A stretch of 64,000 nucleotides of DNA from a virus, in the IMG/VR virus record IMGVR_UViG_3300045988_026316. The stretch is one strand, 5' to 3'. A model generated the notes under the pieces. It saw only the letters and a program-made list of their open reading frames with translations. It made no database searches and was not told where the DNA came from. A program made the position numbers and the translations under genes. Position 1 is the stretch's first letter; every line of letters starts with the position of its first letter. Positions 1 to 7,999 of this stretch are shown here, piece by piece.

Positions 1-1117
1 AACCAGTAGCGTGACCAGCAGCATCCGTAGCAAACTTATAGAAGCCAGCTGCCTTAACAGCGGCACCAATAGGATTAGAGTGATCGATCGTAACCTTCTT
101 GCCTGCAGCAGTAGAACCAGCTACAGAAATCAGACCAGAACCAGCAAACTCTACAGTATCAGTCTTGCTTGTAGCAGCAAGCGTAGTAGAACCAACCTTA
201 ATGTTAGAATAAGCATCCTGGTTAGCCTCACCACCTGTTGCAACAATACCGTCAACACGCTTAGTTAGTGCAGCAAGGTCAGTCTTGTTGGTATCTGACT
301 GAGACTTTGCGGTATCGATCTTAGTCGTGAGCTCACTGCTAAGCTTAATAGACGCATCTGCGGTCAAACTTGTACCGATTACAAAATTGTCATCGGTTGA
401 AAGCACATTCTTTGTTGTGCTATTGTTCCTACCAGCTCGCAGGGTATGTTCATCCCCCATGCTGAAGCCAATAAAACTCTGATCGATCTTTGTATTAAGT
501 GCATTCGTAATACCAATCGTACGAGTACCATCAGTGTTATTCGTAATCTCAATACCAGTACCAGCCTTATGCTCATTAACGAGATCAGCAACAGCGATAT
601 AAATCTTGTTAGCTGTACTGTTAGCCAGAGTCAACTCAACATACGGAGTAGCATTCTTCTTATCCGTTGCGGGAGTGAACACGCCATCAGCGTAAGAACC
701 CCAAACAACCTTACCAGATTCAACAACCATATCCTTCGGAATGTTGATGGCTTCACCAACATTAGCACCATCCTTCTGGAGGTGATATACGGCAGCATAA
801 TCAGTAGATGTAGACTTGGTGAGCGTATAAGCGGGAACCTTTACAGCACCAACCTTGGTGTCAACATAGTTCGTTGTAGCAAGACCACCAGCATTATCAA
901 CTGAGACATACGCAGTCTTAAGTTTATGATTATCACTTCCGGTGATAATATCTGCGAGAATACCATTCTCAAGATTCTTAATAGGGACAACAGTACCAGT
1001 CTCAATGCTTGAGTAACCGTCTGTAATACCACTATTTGCAAGAGTACCCTTTGTAGCAAACTTGGCCTTAGCAGACGTCCAAAGTTGCTGAAGGCCTAAT
1101 AGATCTAAATATTGCAT
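1..1117 (-). CDS. tail-fibre-like virion protein, 3' end cut by window edge
   Basis: The reverse frame is uninterrupted from ATG 1117..1115 to position 1. It is missing from the ORF track only because no stop lies in the window. The N-terminus MQYLDLLGLQQLWTSAKAKF and the Ser/Thr/Gly/Ala/Asn-rich body resemble phage fibre proteins. There is no in-frame TAG. Confidence 0.55.
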   Translation of the reverse strand, partial: MQYLDLLGLQQLWTSAKAKFATKGTLANSGITDGYSSIETGTVVPIKNLENGILADIITGSDNHKLKTAYVSVDNAGGLATTNYVDTKVGAVKVPAYTLTKSTSTDYAAVYHLQKDGANVGEAINIPKDMVVESGKVVWGSYADGVFTPATDKKNATPYVELTLANSTANKIYIAVADLVNEHKAGTGIEITNNTDGTRTIGITNALNTKIDQSFIGFSMGDEHTLRAGRNNSTTKNVLSTDDNFVIGTSLTADASIKLSSELTTKIDTAKSQSDTNKTDLAALTKRVDGIVATGGEANQDAYSNIKVGSTTLAATSKTDTVEFAGSGLISVAGSTAAGKKVTIDHSNPIGAAVKAAGFYKFATDAAGHATG

Positions 1118-1128
1118 TTATTATTTTA

Positions 1129-1539
1129 TTAAACTGTTATAGTTGTTGTGACAGCAGAGCTCGGTTTAAGAACTGAGATTAGAGCATTGGTTTGATTTAG
1201 TCTACCAATCTCATCGCGTAGTTGCTGAATCGTAGTCTGCTGTTCCAGATTCCAATGATTAGTCAGGGTATCAATGATCTTCTGTGTATTCTGTGTACTT
1301 GTTTCCTTAGCATCACATGCGTTTCGCTCAGCCTGGAAACCTACCTGTGCGAAACCGTTCTGAACAGCATTCTGAAGCGCCTGACTCTGCATCAGAATAG
1401 TATTTGTCTGTTGACAATTGTTCAGTTGATTCTGGTAACCCTGAGACAAAATGGATGTATTAATATTGTTCATACCACCCTGCATCATCGTAGTCATCTG
1501 GTTAACAGCTGACTGTACCTGATCGAATCCGACATTCAA
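1129..1539 (-). CDS. hypothetical Gln/Asn-rich protein
   Basis: Track ORF with a TTG start at 1539 that overlaps the upstream stop (TGA 1538..1536). The same frame is open upstream to 1596, so the start is uncertain. It ends in TAA. Confidence 0.45.
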   Translation of the reverse strand: MNVGFDQVQSAVNQMTTMMQGGMNNINTSILSQGYQNQLNNCQQTNTILMQSQALQNAVQNGFAQVGFQAERNACDAKETSTQNTQKIIDTLTNHWNLEQQTTIQQLRDEIGRLNQTNALISVLKPSSAVTTTITV

Positions 1540-1874
1540 TGTCTGAGATAGTTGTGCAATAGCACCAGGGTTACATTGACAGCCTGCATAGTGAGATCAC
1601 TATTATGGTTGTCTTGAATCTGATTTTGTAAACTCTGGATTTGATCACCAATGCAATTATTTGCGTTATTGCCGAAGCCACCGAACTGACCGGCAAATAT
1701 CAACCATATCAGATATGCAAACGGGTTATTCCACATCTGCTGATTACCACCATTAGCTAACATAGCTGTCAAGGCATCGTTGCGGTCATTATTACCAAGC
1801 ATTGCGCCCATCATAGCACCATTGCTAAAGCTATTAGCCGTGTCACTCGTATAAATTTTGTTAATCTCCTCCAT
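1536..1874 (-). CDS. hypothetical Gly/Asn/Met-rich protein
   Basis: Track ORF starting at ATG 1874. The last ~20 codons look compositionally different, so a frame change into 1129..1539 is possible. Confidence 0.45.
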   Translation of the reverse strand: MEEINKIYTSDTANSFSNGAMMGAMLGNNDRNDALTAMLANGGNQQMWNNPFAYLIWLIFAGQFGGFGNNANNCIGDQIQSLQNQIQDNHNSDLTMQAVNVTLVLLHNYLRH

Positions 1875-1893
1875 AGTTTAAAAATTTAAGTGA

Positions 1894-2385
1894 TTAATTT
1901 AAAATTGATGCGATGTCTTTTGTGTCGATAGAATAATCGTCATTAGAGTCCATAACATCGTTCATCGAGATCTCCATAGAAGATCCGTCAGTCATCTTCA
2001 GACGCAGCACGTTCTGTTTATCACTACCCTTATCGTAAGAACCAGATTCAATTGCAACACCACCCTCTGTTGCAATAGATGACATATCAGCAGATCCAAT
2101 AACAATCCCATCTGGAGAGATTAGTTTTACAGATTTAGTTGCTGGATCATACTCAATCGTCATTTTGTTCACATATGCCTAGAGCATTTTCATATCTACA
2201 CCAGAACCACCACCCTTTCCGATGAGTTCCATTGTGGATTTTGCATCAAGGACATCTCCGAATTGAAACTGAGAGCTATCCACGATTTTCAATTTATCAG
2301 GCTCTTGCATATGTAAAATACGAGGTGTGACAGGAGTACCTGCCGCATTCTGTATATTTGTACGTCTAAGCTTTGAATAAATCAT
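1894..2385 (-). CDS. hypothetical protein; two same-frame ORFs joined across one TAG (2181..2179)
   Basis: The ORF from ATG 2385 ends in TAG. Two codons later the same frame continues into track ORF 1894..2172. An alternative separate start is ATG 2163. Confidence 0.4.
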
Positions 2386-2474
2386 ATTTATATATACGTA
2401 TATACGCAATTACTCCAACCGAAGTTGGAGTAACGCAAATTTAAAAGTCTTTTATGGAAAATATTCTTGTAAAG

Positions 2475-2549
2475 TGGAAGTTGGTGGATTCGAACCATCG
2501 ACCTTCTGCTTGTAAGGCAGACGCTCTAAACCAACTGAGCTAAACTTCC
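2475..2549 (-). tRNA. tRNA-Val(TAC)
   Basis: Cloverleaf with acceptor GGAAGTT/AACTTCC, D arm GCTC-AGTTGGTTTA-GAGC, anticodon arm TCTGC-CTTACAA-GCAGA and T loop TTCGAAT. The T stem has one A.C mismatch. Confidence 0.85.
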
Positions 2550-2577
2550 AAACAACCTTGATGGCTGTTGTTATATA

Positions 2578-3135
2578 TTATTCTGCAGAAGGACCTTGCA
2601 TGTTAGAAGGACCTTGCATCATGATAGGCCTATCCTGTTCTGAAACAACAGGTTCACTGTCGTTAGATGTATCAGCATCAGAATCTACAGCAGTCTGTGC
2701 ATTATCAGAAGATCCGTAACCACCATCAGCTCGATCAGATTCTGAAAGACTATCAGACTCAACAAACTCTACATCAGGAACAGGCAAGATCACCAGCTGA
2801 GCAAATTTATCATCAACCTTGTATACGGCAGGAACAACATCTGTAGTTGCTATAAATTTACCAAGTATTTCACCACGATAACCTGAATCAATCACGCCAC
2901 AACTATTCGTAAGACGTAATGACTTCTTTGCAATAGATGATCTTGGCATCAGCTGAGCAAAGTATCCTTCAGGAATCTCTAATGCAAGATCTGTATGATA
3001 TACGATCACCAACTGACCACACTCATTCAACTCTGTCGTTATACCCGTAGTAGTTAGATCAAAACCAGCATCTGTCTTATGTGCTTTTGAAGGCATTACA
3101 GCCTTATGAGAAAGTTTCTTGAATTTAATTTCCAT
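2578..3135 (-). CDS. dut: dUTP diphosphatase (dUTPase)
   Basis: Carries the motifs AGFDL, PRSS, GVIDSGYRGE and GGYGSS in the order typical of trimeric dUTPases. It has an acidic/Ser-rich C-terminal extension. Confidence 0.9.
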   Translation of the reverse strand: MEIKFKKLSHKAVMPSKAHKTDAGFDLTTTGITTELNECGQLVIVYHTDLALEIPEGYFAQLMPRSSIAKKSLRLTNSCGVIDSGYRGEILGKFIATTDVVPAVYKVDDKFAQLVILPVPDVEFVESDSLSESDRADGGYGSSDNAQTAVDSDADTSNDSEPVVSEQDRPIMMQGPSNMQGPSAE

Positions 3136-3187
3136 CTTATTATATTTTAGTAGCCCTACCAGGAGTCAAACCCGGACCAGGAGGGTT

Positions 3188-4166
3188 CATAAATCGACTG
3201 TTGCATCCAGTCCTAAGACCAGTCTTCTCGTTCAGTCTGTCACGCTGTTTTCACTTGCGCCTCGTCAACATTGTTTTCCGAGTCAATTAGAGAAGATTCT
3301 AATAGCGGATTATTTATTATCCCGCTACCATCCAATATTTTCCAATGACTGTTCAACCAAAAATTATCCTTATTGTACATGATCGTACGAGTACATGTTT
3401 TAATTCGTTTTGTTTTAACTTCGTTGTTGAGAATGAGTTGCTTTGCGGTCTCTATCAAAGAACCATATCGTGCAATTTCGTTCCAGTTCTCATCGTATCG
3501 AATCACATATTTTTGATTAGATTTTTTCAAACCGCTTTCGCTAACAATCCTGTTTACAACATGTCTACGAACACCAAGTGCTGAAGAAACTTGTTTTATA
3601 TTACGACGTTTTTGATACTCAGCTTCAACTAAATTTCTAAGATCGTCTGTAATTTCATATTCAGAATCATTTCTTTGTTGATTTCTACTACCATAAGTAG
3701 TTGTCTGACTATGACAATTCGGACATAGAAACCGAAGATTTTCTATACGATTATCGTTGTTGATTCCGTTTATATGATCAAGTTCTAAACTTAACGTACG
3801 ACCTTGCCATTCAACACATCCGCAAATCGCACATCGATATGGGATTAGATTATTTTTTATGACATATCGTCTTAAAACAGAACGAGTATGTTTACAATTA
3901 GGTTTTAATATATCCGAAGCATTTACTTTGTGTAAAGTACCATATTTCGTAATTGGAGATTTACCTTTAAATATACTTCCGTCTAAATTTAAATCAGACA
4001 TTCTTTGTTTAACTTTAGCAAACCCCCAAGAATTACCTTTTACACTATAACCTAATTTAAATAACACTTCAGATATAGTCGAACTATTCTTGAGCAGCTC
4101 AACAAACTGTTCGTCTGAGAGCTTATATATTTTATTTTCCATATATTCAATTATTCATTGGATAAA
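3188..4166 (-). mobile_element. group-I-like intron with HNH homing-endonuclease ORF inside the tRNA anticodon loop
   Basis: The 979-nt insert begins after an exon U (4167) and ends in G (3188). The R-like box GTGACAGACTGAAC (3243..3230) contains GACTG, which can pair with CAGTC (3200..3196) as P7. I found no convincing P1 guide sequence, and the P3-P6 elements would have to overlap the ORF. Confidence 0.45.
3240..4142 (-). CDS. HNH homing endonuclease
   Basis: The segment CAICGC...LELDHINGINNDNRIENLRFLCPNCH is a classic HNH/zinc-knuckle core. It is flanked by N- and C-terminal helix-turn-helix-like DNA-binding segments. There is no in-frame TAG, and it ends in TGA. Confidence 0.85.
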   Translation of the reverse strand: MENKIYKLSDEQFVELLKNSSTISEVLFKLGYSVKGNSWGFAKVKQRMSDLNLDGSIFKGKSPITKYGTLHKVNASDILKPNCKHTRSVLRRYVIKNNLIPYRCAICGCVEWQGRTLSLELDHINGINNDNRIENLRFLCPNCHSQTTTYGSRNQQRNDSEYEITDDLRNLVEAEYQKRRNIKQVSSALGVRRHVVNRIVSESGLKKSNQKYVIRYDENWNEIARYGSLIETAKQLILNNEVKTKRIKTCTRTIMYNKDNFWLNSHWKILDGSGIINNPLLESSLIDSENNVDEAQVKTA

Positions 4167-4233
4167 AGAGCCTCTTGTGCTAATCGCTACACCATAGGGC
4201 AGTATTAACCTCTTTCTTAAGGAGGTTAATTGA

Positions 4234-4452
4234 TTAAACAAATAATGAAATCACTCCTATTTGAAGTGCTTGTCCGATTAAACCACCTATTTCTGTAGCA
4301 GCTATATCAAGCCGATCGAACTTACCTCCCCATTGTTTATCTTTAAATTCCATCCCAAACGCTAGACCTGTACTGAATAATATCGTACCAACAAAAGCTG
4401 CAGGAATGGCGTACAACAAATGTTTTGGTCTATTAGATTCTTTTAGCCACAT
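4234..4452 (-). CDS. small membrane protein (two hydrophobic helices)
   Basis: The likely start is ATG 4452, because the track start at 4530 runs across the tRNA-like element. The hydrophobic segments are LLYAIPAAFVGTILFSTGLAFG and IGGLIGQALQIGVISLFV. It ends in TAA. Confidence 0.5.
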   Translation of the reverse strand: MWLKESNRPKHLLYAIPAAFVGTILFSTGLAFGMEFKDKQWGGKFDRLDIAATEIGGLIGQALQIGVISLFV

Positions 4453-4466
4453 ATTGTAGTTTTTTG

Positions 4467-4558
4467 CGCTGGGGGCAGGACTCGAACCTGCTTCCATAAG
4501 GATCCCATCTGGTATTATTCCAGACTTCACTTTGCTCTACCTCATAAGCTACTCCCGC
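4467..4558 (-). tRNA. aberrant type-II tRNA-like element (possible pseudo-tRNA)
   Basis: It has T arm GCAGG-TTCGAGT-CCTGC, D arm GCTT-ATGAGGTA-GAGC and a long variable arm. However, the acceptor GCGGGAG/CCCCAGC has 2 mismatches, 9 extra nt precede the anticodon stem, and the loop AATAATA has A33/T37. Confidence 0.35.
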
Positions 4559-4603
4559 ATTGCAGTGTTGTGTGCCACTGCATGGTTTTTAGTAACCAAC
4601 TAT

Positions 4604-4963
4604 TTATTTCTTACGTGTGATCCAGTTCCAGAAACGCTTGAAGATGTTAGGCTTCTTCTCAACCTTCTCTTCCTCTTCCTCTTCTCGCTTTATCACAAGG
4701 TCATCAGGATCTTCCTGATTATCATAAGCACTCTCAATCGTATCAATCAGTGCATCGATATAATCCATTAGAGAAGCACATGACTTGACAATGGTTGAGT
4801 TCATCAGCTCTGTGACGTGCATAGCATAGTTGAACATCTCCTCTTTAGTGATAGGCTCTACACCACACTTAGCCTCTACAAAAGCTGCATATACATCACT
4901 AGGGCTCTCAACGTTTGTAAGATCTACGATTACATATTTCTTAACAGGCTTCATTGACTTCAT
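4604..4963 (-). CDS. hypothetical protein with acidic/Lys-rich C-terminus
   Basis: Track ORF with an ATG start and a TAA stop, packed tightly in the reverse-strand operon. Confidence 0.6.
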   Translation of the reverse strand: MKSMKPVKKYVIVDLTNVESPSDVYAAFVEAKCGVEPITKEEMFNYAMHVTELMNSTIVKSCASLMDYIDALIDTIESAYDNQEDPDDLVIKREEEEEEKVEKKPNIFKRFWNWITRKK

Positions 4964-5270
4964 CGTTAATTGTTTTAAGTTCTTTCATTCGTTTATTATA
5001 GTTATCGAGGTTTTCTTTCCACTCGTCAGATGTTATCTTTATATACTTGTGCGGAAAGTCTGTATCCCAAAAAGCAAGTATAATATCACCAGCTTTAACA
5101 TCGAACTCTTCAACACTCCTGTCGCGATCTATGAACTTGAAATGCATATCTTCAGGAGCCATGTATACTCTGTTGCACGCATTTCTTTGTACATCAAGCG
5201 GTTCGATATTAGCGGTTTCTGTATCGACAATAAGTACATCTGAATTATACGTCGCTGCAATCGTTTTCAT
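4941..5270 (-). CDS. hypothetical protein
   Basis: Track ORF in the operon, overlapping both neighbours. Confidence 0.6.
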   Translation of the reverse strand: MKTIAATYNSDVLIVDTETANIEPLDVQRNACNRVYMAPEDMHFKFIDRDRSVEEFDVKAGDIILAFWDTDFPHKYIKITSDEWKENLDNYNKRMKELKTINDEVNEAC

Positions 5271-5475
5271 GTTTAAATCTTTGTTTTAATTTAAATTTAA
5301 ATAACTTAGCAAACAATATATCTCTTTGATCATTCGGGTCTTTCATAATCGTTGCTGTACAATCAAATACCTGGTGTATAACATCATTGACAATGTTTTT
5401 ATCAATATTGAGTTCTTTAGATATTTGATTGCTCAAACTATTAACATCAATCATGAACCTTTCCGATAATGTCAA
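5245..5475 (-). CDS. hypothetical protein
   Basis: Track ORF in the operon, overlapping its neighbours. Confidence 0.55.
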   Translation of the reverse strand: MTLSERFMIDVNSLSNQISKELNIDKNIVNDVIHQVFDCTATIMKDPNDQRDILFAKLFKFKLKQRFKHENDCSDV

Positions 5476-5863
5476 ATTGTCGTACTAGATGAGAATCTTT
5501 AACAAGATCAAAGTACTCAAAGTGTCTGGCTTTATAGAAAATCGTATCTCCAACATGTATCGGAGGAAGATCATAACTCTTCTCATTCCCCATCCATTTA
5601 GTATATCTGTATGGAACCTTAAGTACAATACCTGTTAAATAGTCTGAATCAACCTCTTTAACTTCTTTCTTTACTTTATCATAATCAGTTGCCTTGATTC
5701 CGTTCTTATCAGCCTTAGGCTTATCTGTCGCAATCGGTGTACTGAATTCCTTCTTGACCTTTACTGGTGTAAGCGGCTTTACTAAAAAGCTGTCAAAGAA
5801 CTCATATTTGATCTTATTACTTACATCCTCAGCTAAAGGTTTCTGATTAATCTTCTCTTGCAT
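5447..5863 (-). CDS. hypothetical protein
   Basis: Track ORF in the operon. Confidence 0.6.
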   Translation of the reverse strand: MQEKINQKPLAEDVSNKIKYEFFDSFLVKPLTPVKVKKEFSTPIATDKPKADKNGIKATDYDKVKKEVKEVDSDYLTGIVLKVPYRYTKWMGNEKSYDLPPIHVGDTIFYKARHFEYFDLVKDSHLVRQFDIIGKVHD

Positions 5864-6267
5864 TACTTCTTAAGACCCTTTAAATAGTTAAGAACTTTGA
5901 TGAGATTAAGCATCACTGTACGTTGTTCAACCTTCATACACTCAGGCATATCCTGTGTATCAACCTTGTTCAGGTCATACGTATACTTCTCGATCAATGA
6001 ATCGATCTCGTCAAACACATTTATAAACGGCTCTGATTTATCAATGAGCTCCTTAAGCATGCCCTCGTCAATAAGCTCTTTTGCATAATCGACAGAGATA
6101 GAGCACTTGGACGAATAGGTAGCCTTTACAGAAGAATCATCATCGTCATTCTCCTTGTATGCAGAATTATACTCTGCAACATAAGACTTTTCGTCATCAG
6201 AGAGATTCATAACATCACCAAGTTCAAGTCCGAAGAACGGTTCAATCACTTCTAATTTCTTTGTCAT
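5863..6267 (-). CDS. hypothetical acidic protein, first gene of reverse operon
   Basis: Track ORF starting at ATG 6267..6265. It is followed upstream by an AT-rich divergent intergenic region. Confidence 0.6.
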   Translation of the reverse strand: MTKKLEVIEPFFGLELGDVMNLSDDEKSYVAEYNSAYKENDDDDSSVKATYSSKCSISVDYAKELIDEGMLKELIDKSEPFINVFDEIDSLIEKYTYDLNKVDTQDMPECMKVEQRTVMLNLIKVLNYLKGLKK

Positions 6268-6325
6268 AGCAATCTGTTGTTTTAAATTACTGGGGCAGTA
6301 ACGTATGAAGTATGCATTTTGGTTG

Positions 6326-6333
6326 CAAAAATA
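6326..6333 (-). promoter_or_regulatory. candidate Bacteroidota -7 promoter box (TATTTTTG = TAnnTTTG)
   Basis: The reverse strand reads TATTTTTG about 60 nt upstream of ATG 6267. This is a single motif match only. Confidence 0.3.
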
Positions 6334-6446
6334 TTAAAAAATTATTTTTTTATAAAAATTTTCACATCTCATGAAACCAAAACGCTTAGTTAATACGTTA
6401 CAGCCACGAGAGCTTCGGGGGAATATTATATTATATATAAACTATA

Positions 6447-6639
6447 TTAGATTATATTAGCTAATATAATAACATGAGTCTAAGTAGAATAGTAAGACTA
6501 ATAATATATATACATGAGTCTCATGATAATAAGTAAGACTATATATAATATAACATGAGTCTCCTTAGGAAAGTAAGACTATATAATATTACTTCTTACG
6601 TCCCTACATAGACTCATGAGACTAATTAGATTATATTAG
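6447..6639. repeat. hairpin-repeat cluster bracketed by 14-bp direct repeats
   Basis: Three direct copies of ACATGAGTCT-N9-13-AGTAAGACTA lie at 6472-6500, 6512-6541 and 6553-6581, and AGTCT/AGACT are self-complementary. An inverted copy TAGACTCATGAGACTA lies at 6609-6624. TTAGATTATATTAG occurs at 6447-6460 and 6626-6639. Confidence 0.65.
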
Positions 6640-6644
6640 ATAAC

Positions 6645-7121
6645 ATGAATAAATTTGAATTAAGTGCTATTTTGTATTATGCGGATTTCTTATCTATGCA
6701 GTAGAAATCAGTTCCTGTAACAGATACATGCAAATATTTCTATATACACAAGATTCCTATGAATATTTCGTATATAGCTGGTGTTGATCCCATGTACGAT
6801 AAACACAATCCTTATGTTGTACAAGCAACAGAGACATATGGAATATTAAAAAAATAGTTTGGAGAAGATGGAATTTTATCTTTTTTAGACAATATTTGCA
6901 ACCTAGGAGTCTCAGGATGCGTTACAGGAGAGTCTATGTTAAAACACATACATCGAGATAGTGATAGATACATACGAAGCAAAGCATATAGAAAATACAA
7001 CGAGTTTAAATAGAATCAATCATATCACTATGTCACACAAGGAGAACACGGACCAGAAACAAAAGAGTGCACAAAATATGTAGCGCACGTCTAGGCTAAA
7101 ATCAACAGCAACAGATCCTGA
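6645..7121 (+). CDS. Panacea/SocA-like (DUF4065-like) protein, 4 in-frame TAG
   Basis: The frame runs from ATG 6645 to TGA 7119-7121. In-frame TAGs lie at 6702, 6855, 7011 and 7092. The N-terminus LSAILYYADFLS...VPVTD resembles Panacea-domain N-termini. Confidence 0.55.
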
Positions 7122-7192
7122 ATATGTAAAATCTGTTGATCGTATGATACAAGCATAGAAGAAGTTATTAAGAATATATAACAACGTTGATT

Positions 7193-7999
7193 ATGAAGAT
7201 GATTAAACCACATGTTGAATTATTTACTCAGCAGTACGACAAACTTGGAATATACGAAATGGTTGAGCTTGCTGGTAGAACTTCGTACAAATCAGAGAAG
7301 AATATGTCTTTTGATGAGAATGGACGTTCTACAACAGCTGAAGCATTCACCAACAAACTCATATCGTATAATCACGGTGCCGCATTAGAACATGCTACGA
7401 TCTATTTGACGGTACCTAAAACCGAGAAGTTGTACAAAGGGATGGTTAAGATGTATCAACAAAACAAGTATTCTAGAGTTATCGAGTTTGATGGAAATGC
7501 ATACATAACAACAAACTATCGAGTGATTATCGAGAATGGTTGGACTTACGATCTCAAATATCTCACAGAGCCTCATAAACTTCATGTAAAACGTTATTCA
7601 TTTAGGATTACGTGCAACAGGATTAACTCTCAATCATTCATGAGACATAGGGTATTTTCATTCCTGCAAGAAAGTACAAGGTATGTTACGTATAACGGAG
7701 ATCTTGAATATATCTATCCATCTGACTGGAATACGTATGATGCTGAAACAAAGAAGCTGTTTAAAGATCATATAACAGCATCTGAATCCGTATATAAGAC
7801 CTTGTTATCTAAAGGTTTGAAAGCTGAACGAGCTAGAGATCTTCTCCCTTGTGGAATTAAGACTGAGTTTGTTATGACAGGATTCATAGATGATTGGGAT
7901 AAAATGTTAAAGTTAAGATTAGCTAAAGGAGCTCATCCAGATGCTCAACTAATAGCACATCAAATATCAGATATACTAAACGATGTTATACAGGATTGA
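7193..7999 (+). CDS. thyX: flavin-dependent thymidylate synthase
   Basis: Carries the ThyX signature RHRVFSFLQESTRY (RHRxxSxxxxSxRY). ATG 7193 is preferred over the track TTG at 7187. It ends in TGA. Confidence 0.9.
   Translation: MKMIKPHVELFTQQYDKLGIYEMVELAGRTSYKSEKNMSFDENGRSTTAEAFTNKLISYNHGAALEHATIYLTVPKTEKLYKGMVKMYQQNKYSRVIEFDGNAYITTNYRVIIENGWTYDLKYLTEPHKLHVKRYSFRITCNRINSQSFMRHRVFSFLQESTRYVTYNGDLEYIYPSDWNTYDAETKKLFKDHITASESVYKTLLSKGLKAERARDLLPCGIKTEFVMTGFIDDWDKMLKLRLAKGAHPDAQLIAHQISDILNDVIQD

Larger units (their letters stand above)
3151..4201 (-). tRNA. split tRNA, predicted amber suppressor tRNA(CTA), Gln-like; exons 4201..4167 and 3187..3151
   Basis: Exon 1 reads TGCCCTA TG GTGT AGCGATTA GCAC A AGAGG CTCT. 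Exon 2 reads AAC CCTCC TGGT CCGGG TTTGACT CCTGG TAGGGCT A. Joined, they give a 72-nt cloverleaf with anticodon loop CTCTAAC, i.e. anticodon CTA. Atypical points: U1.U72 is unpaired, the D loop lacks GG, and the T loop is TTTGACT. Confidence 0.5.

Noticed and set aside
1129-1874. A programmed ribosomal frameshift joining ORF 1536..1874 to ORF 1129..1539.
   Set aside because: The downstream frame is open only from 1596, and the overlap contains no slippery heptamer or homopolymer that I can see. Two separate genes or a sequencing indel are equally likely. It is kept as two features with lowered confidence.
6472-6626. A CRISPR array; the same was considered for 27600-27913.
   Set aside because: There are only 3-4 imperfect repeats with unequal AT-rich or partly conserved spacers. 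No cas genes are present, and the repeats are internally bipartite or hairpin motifs rather than uniform CRISPR repeats.
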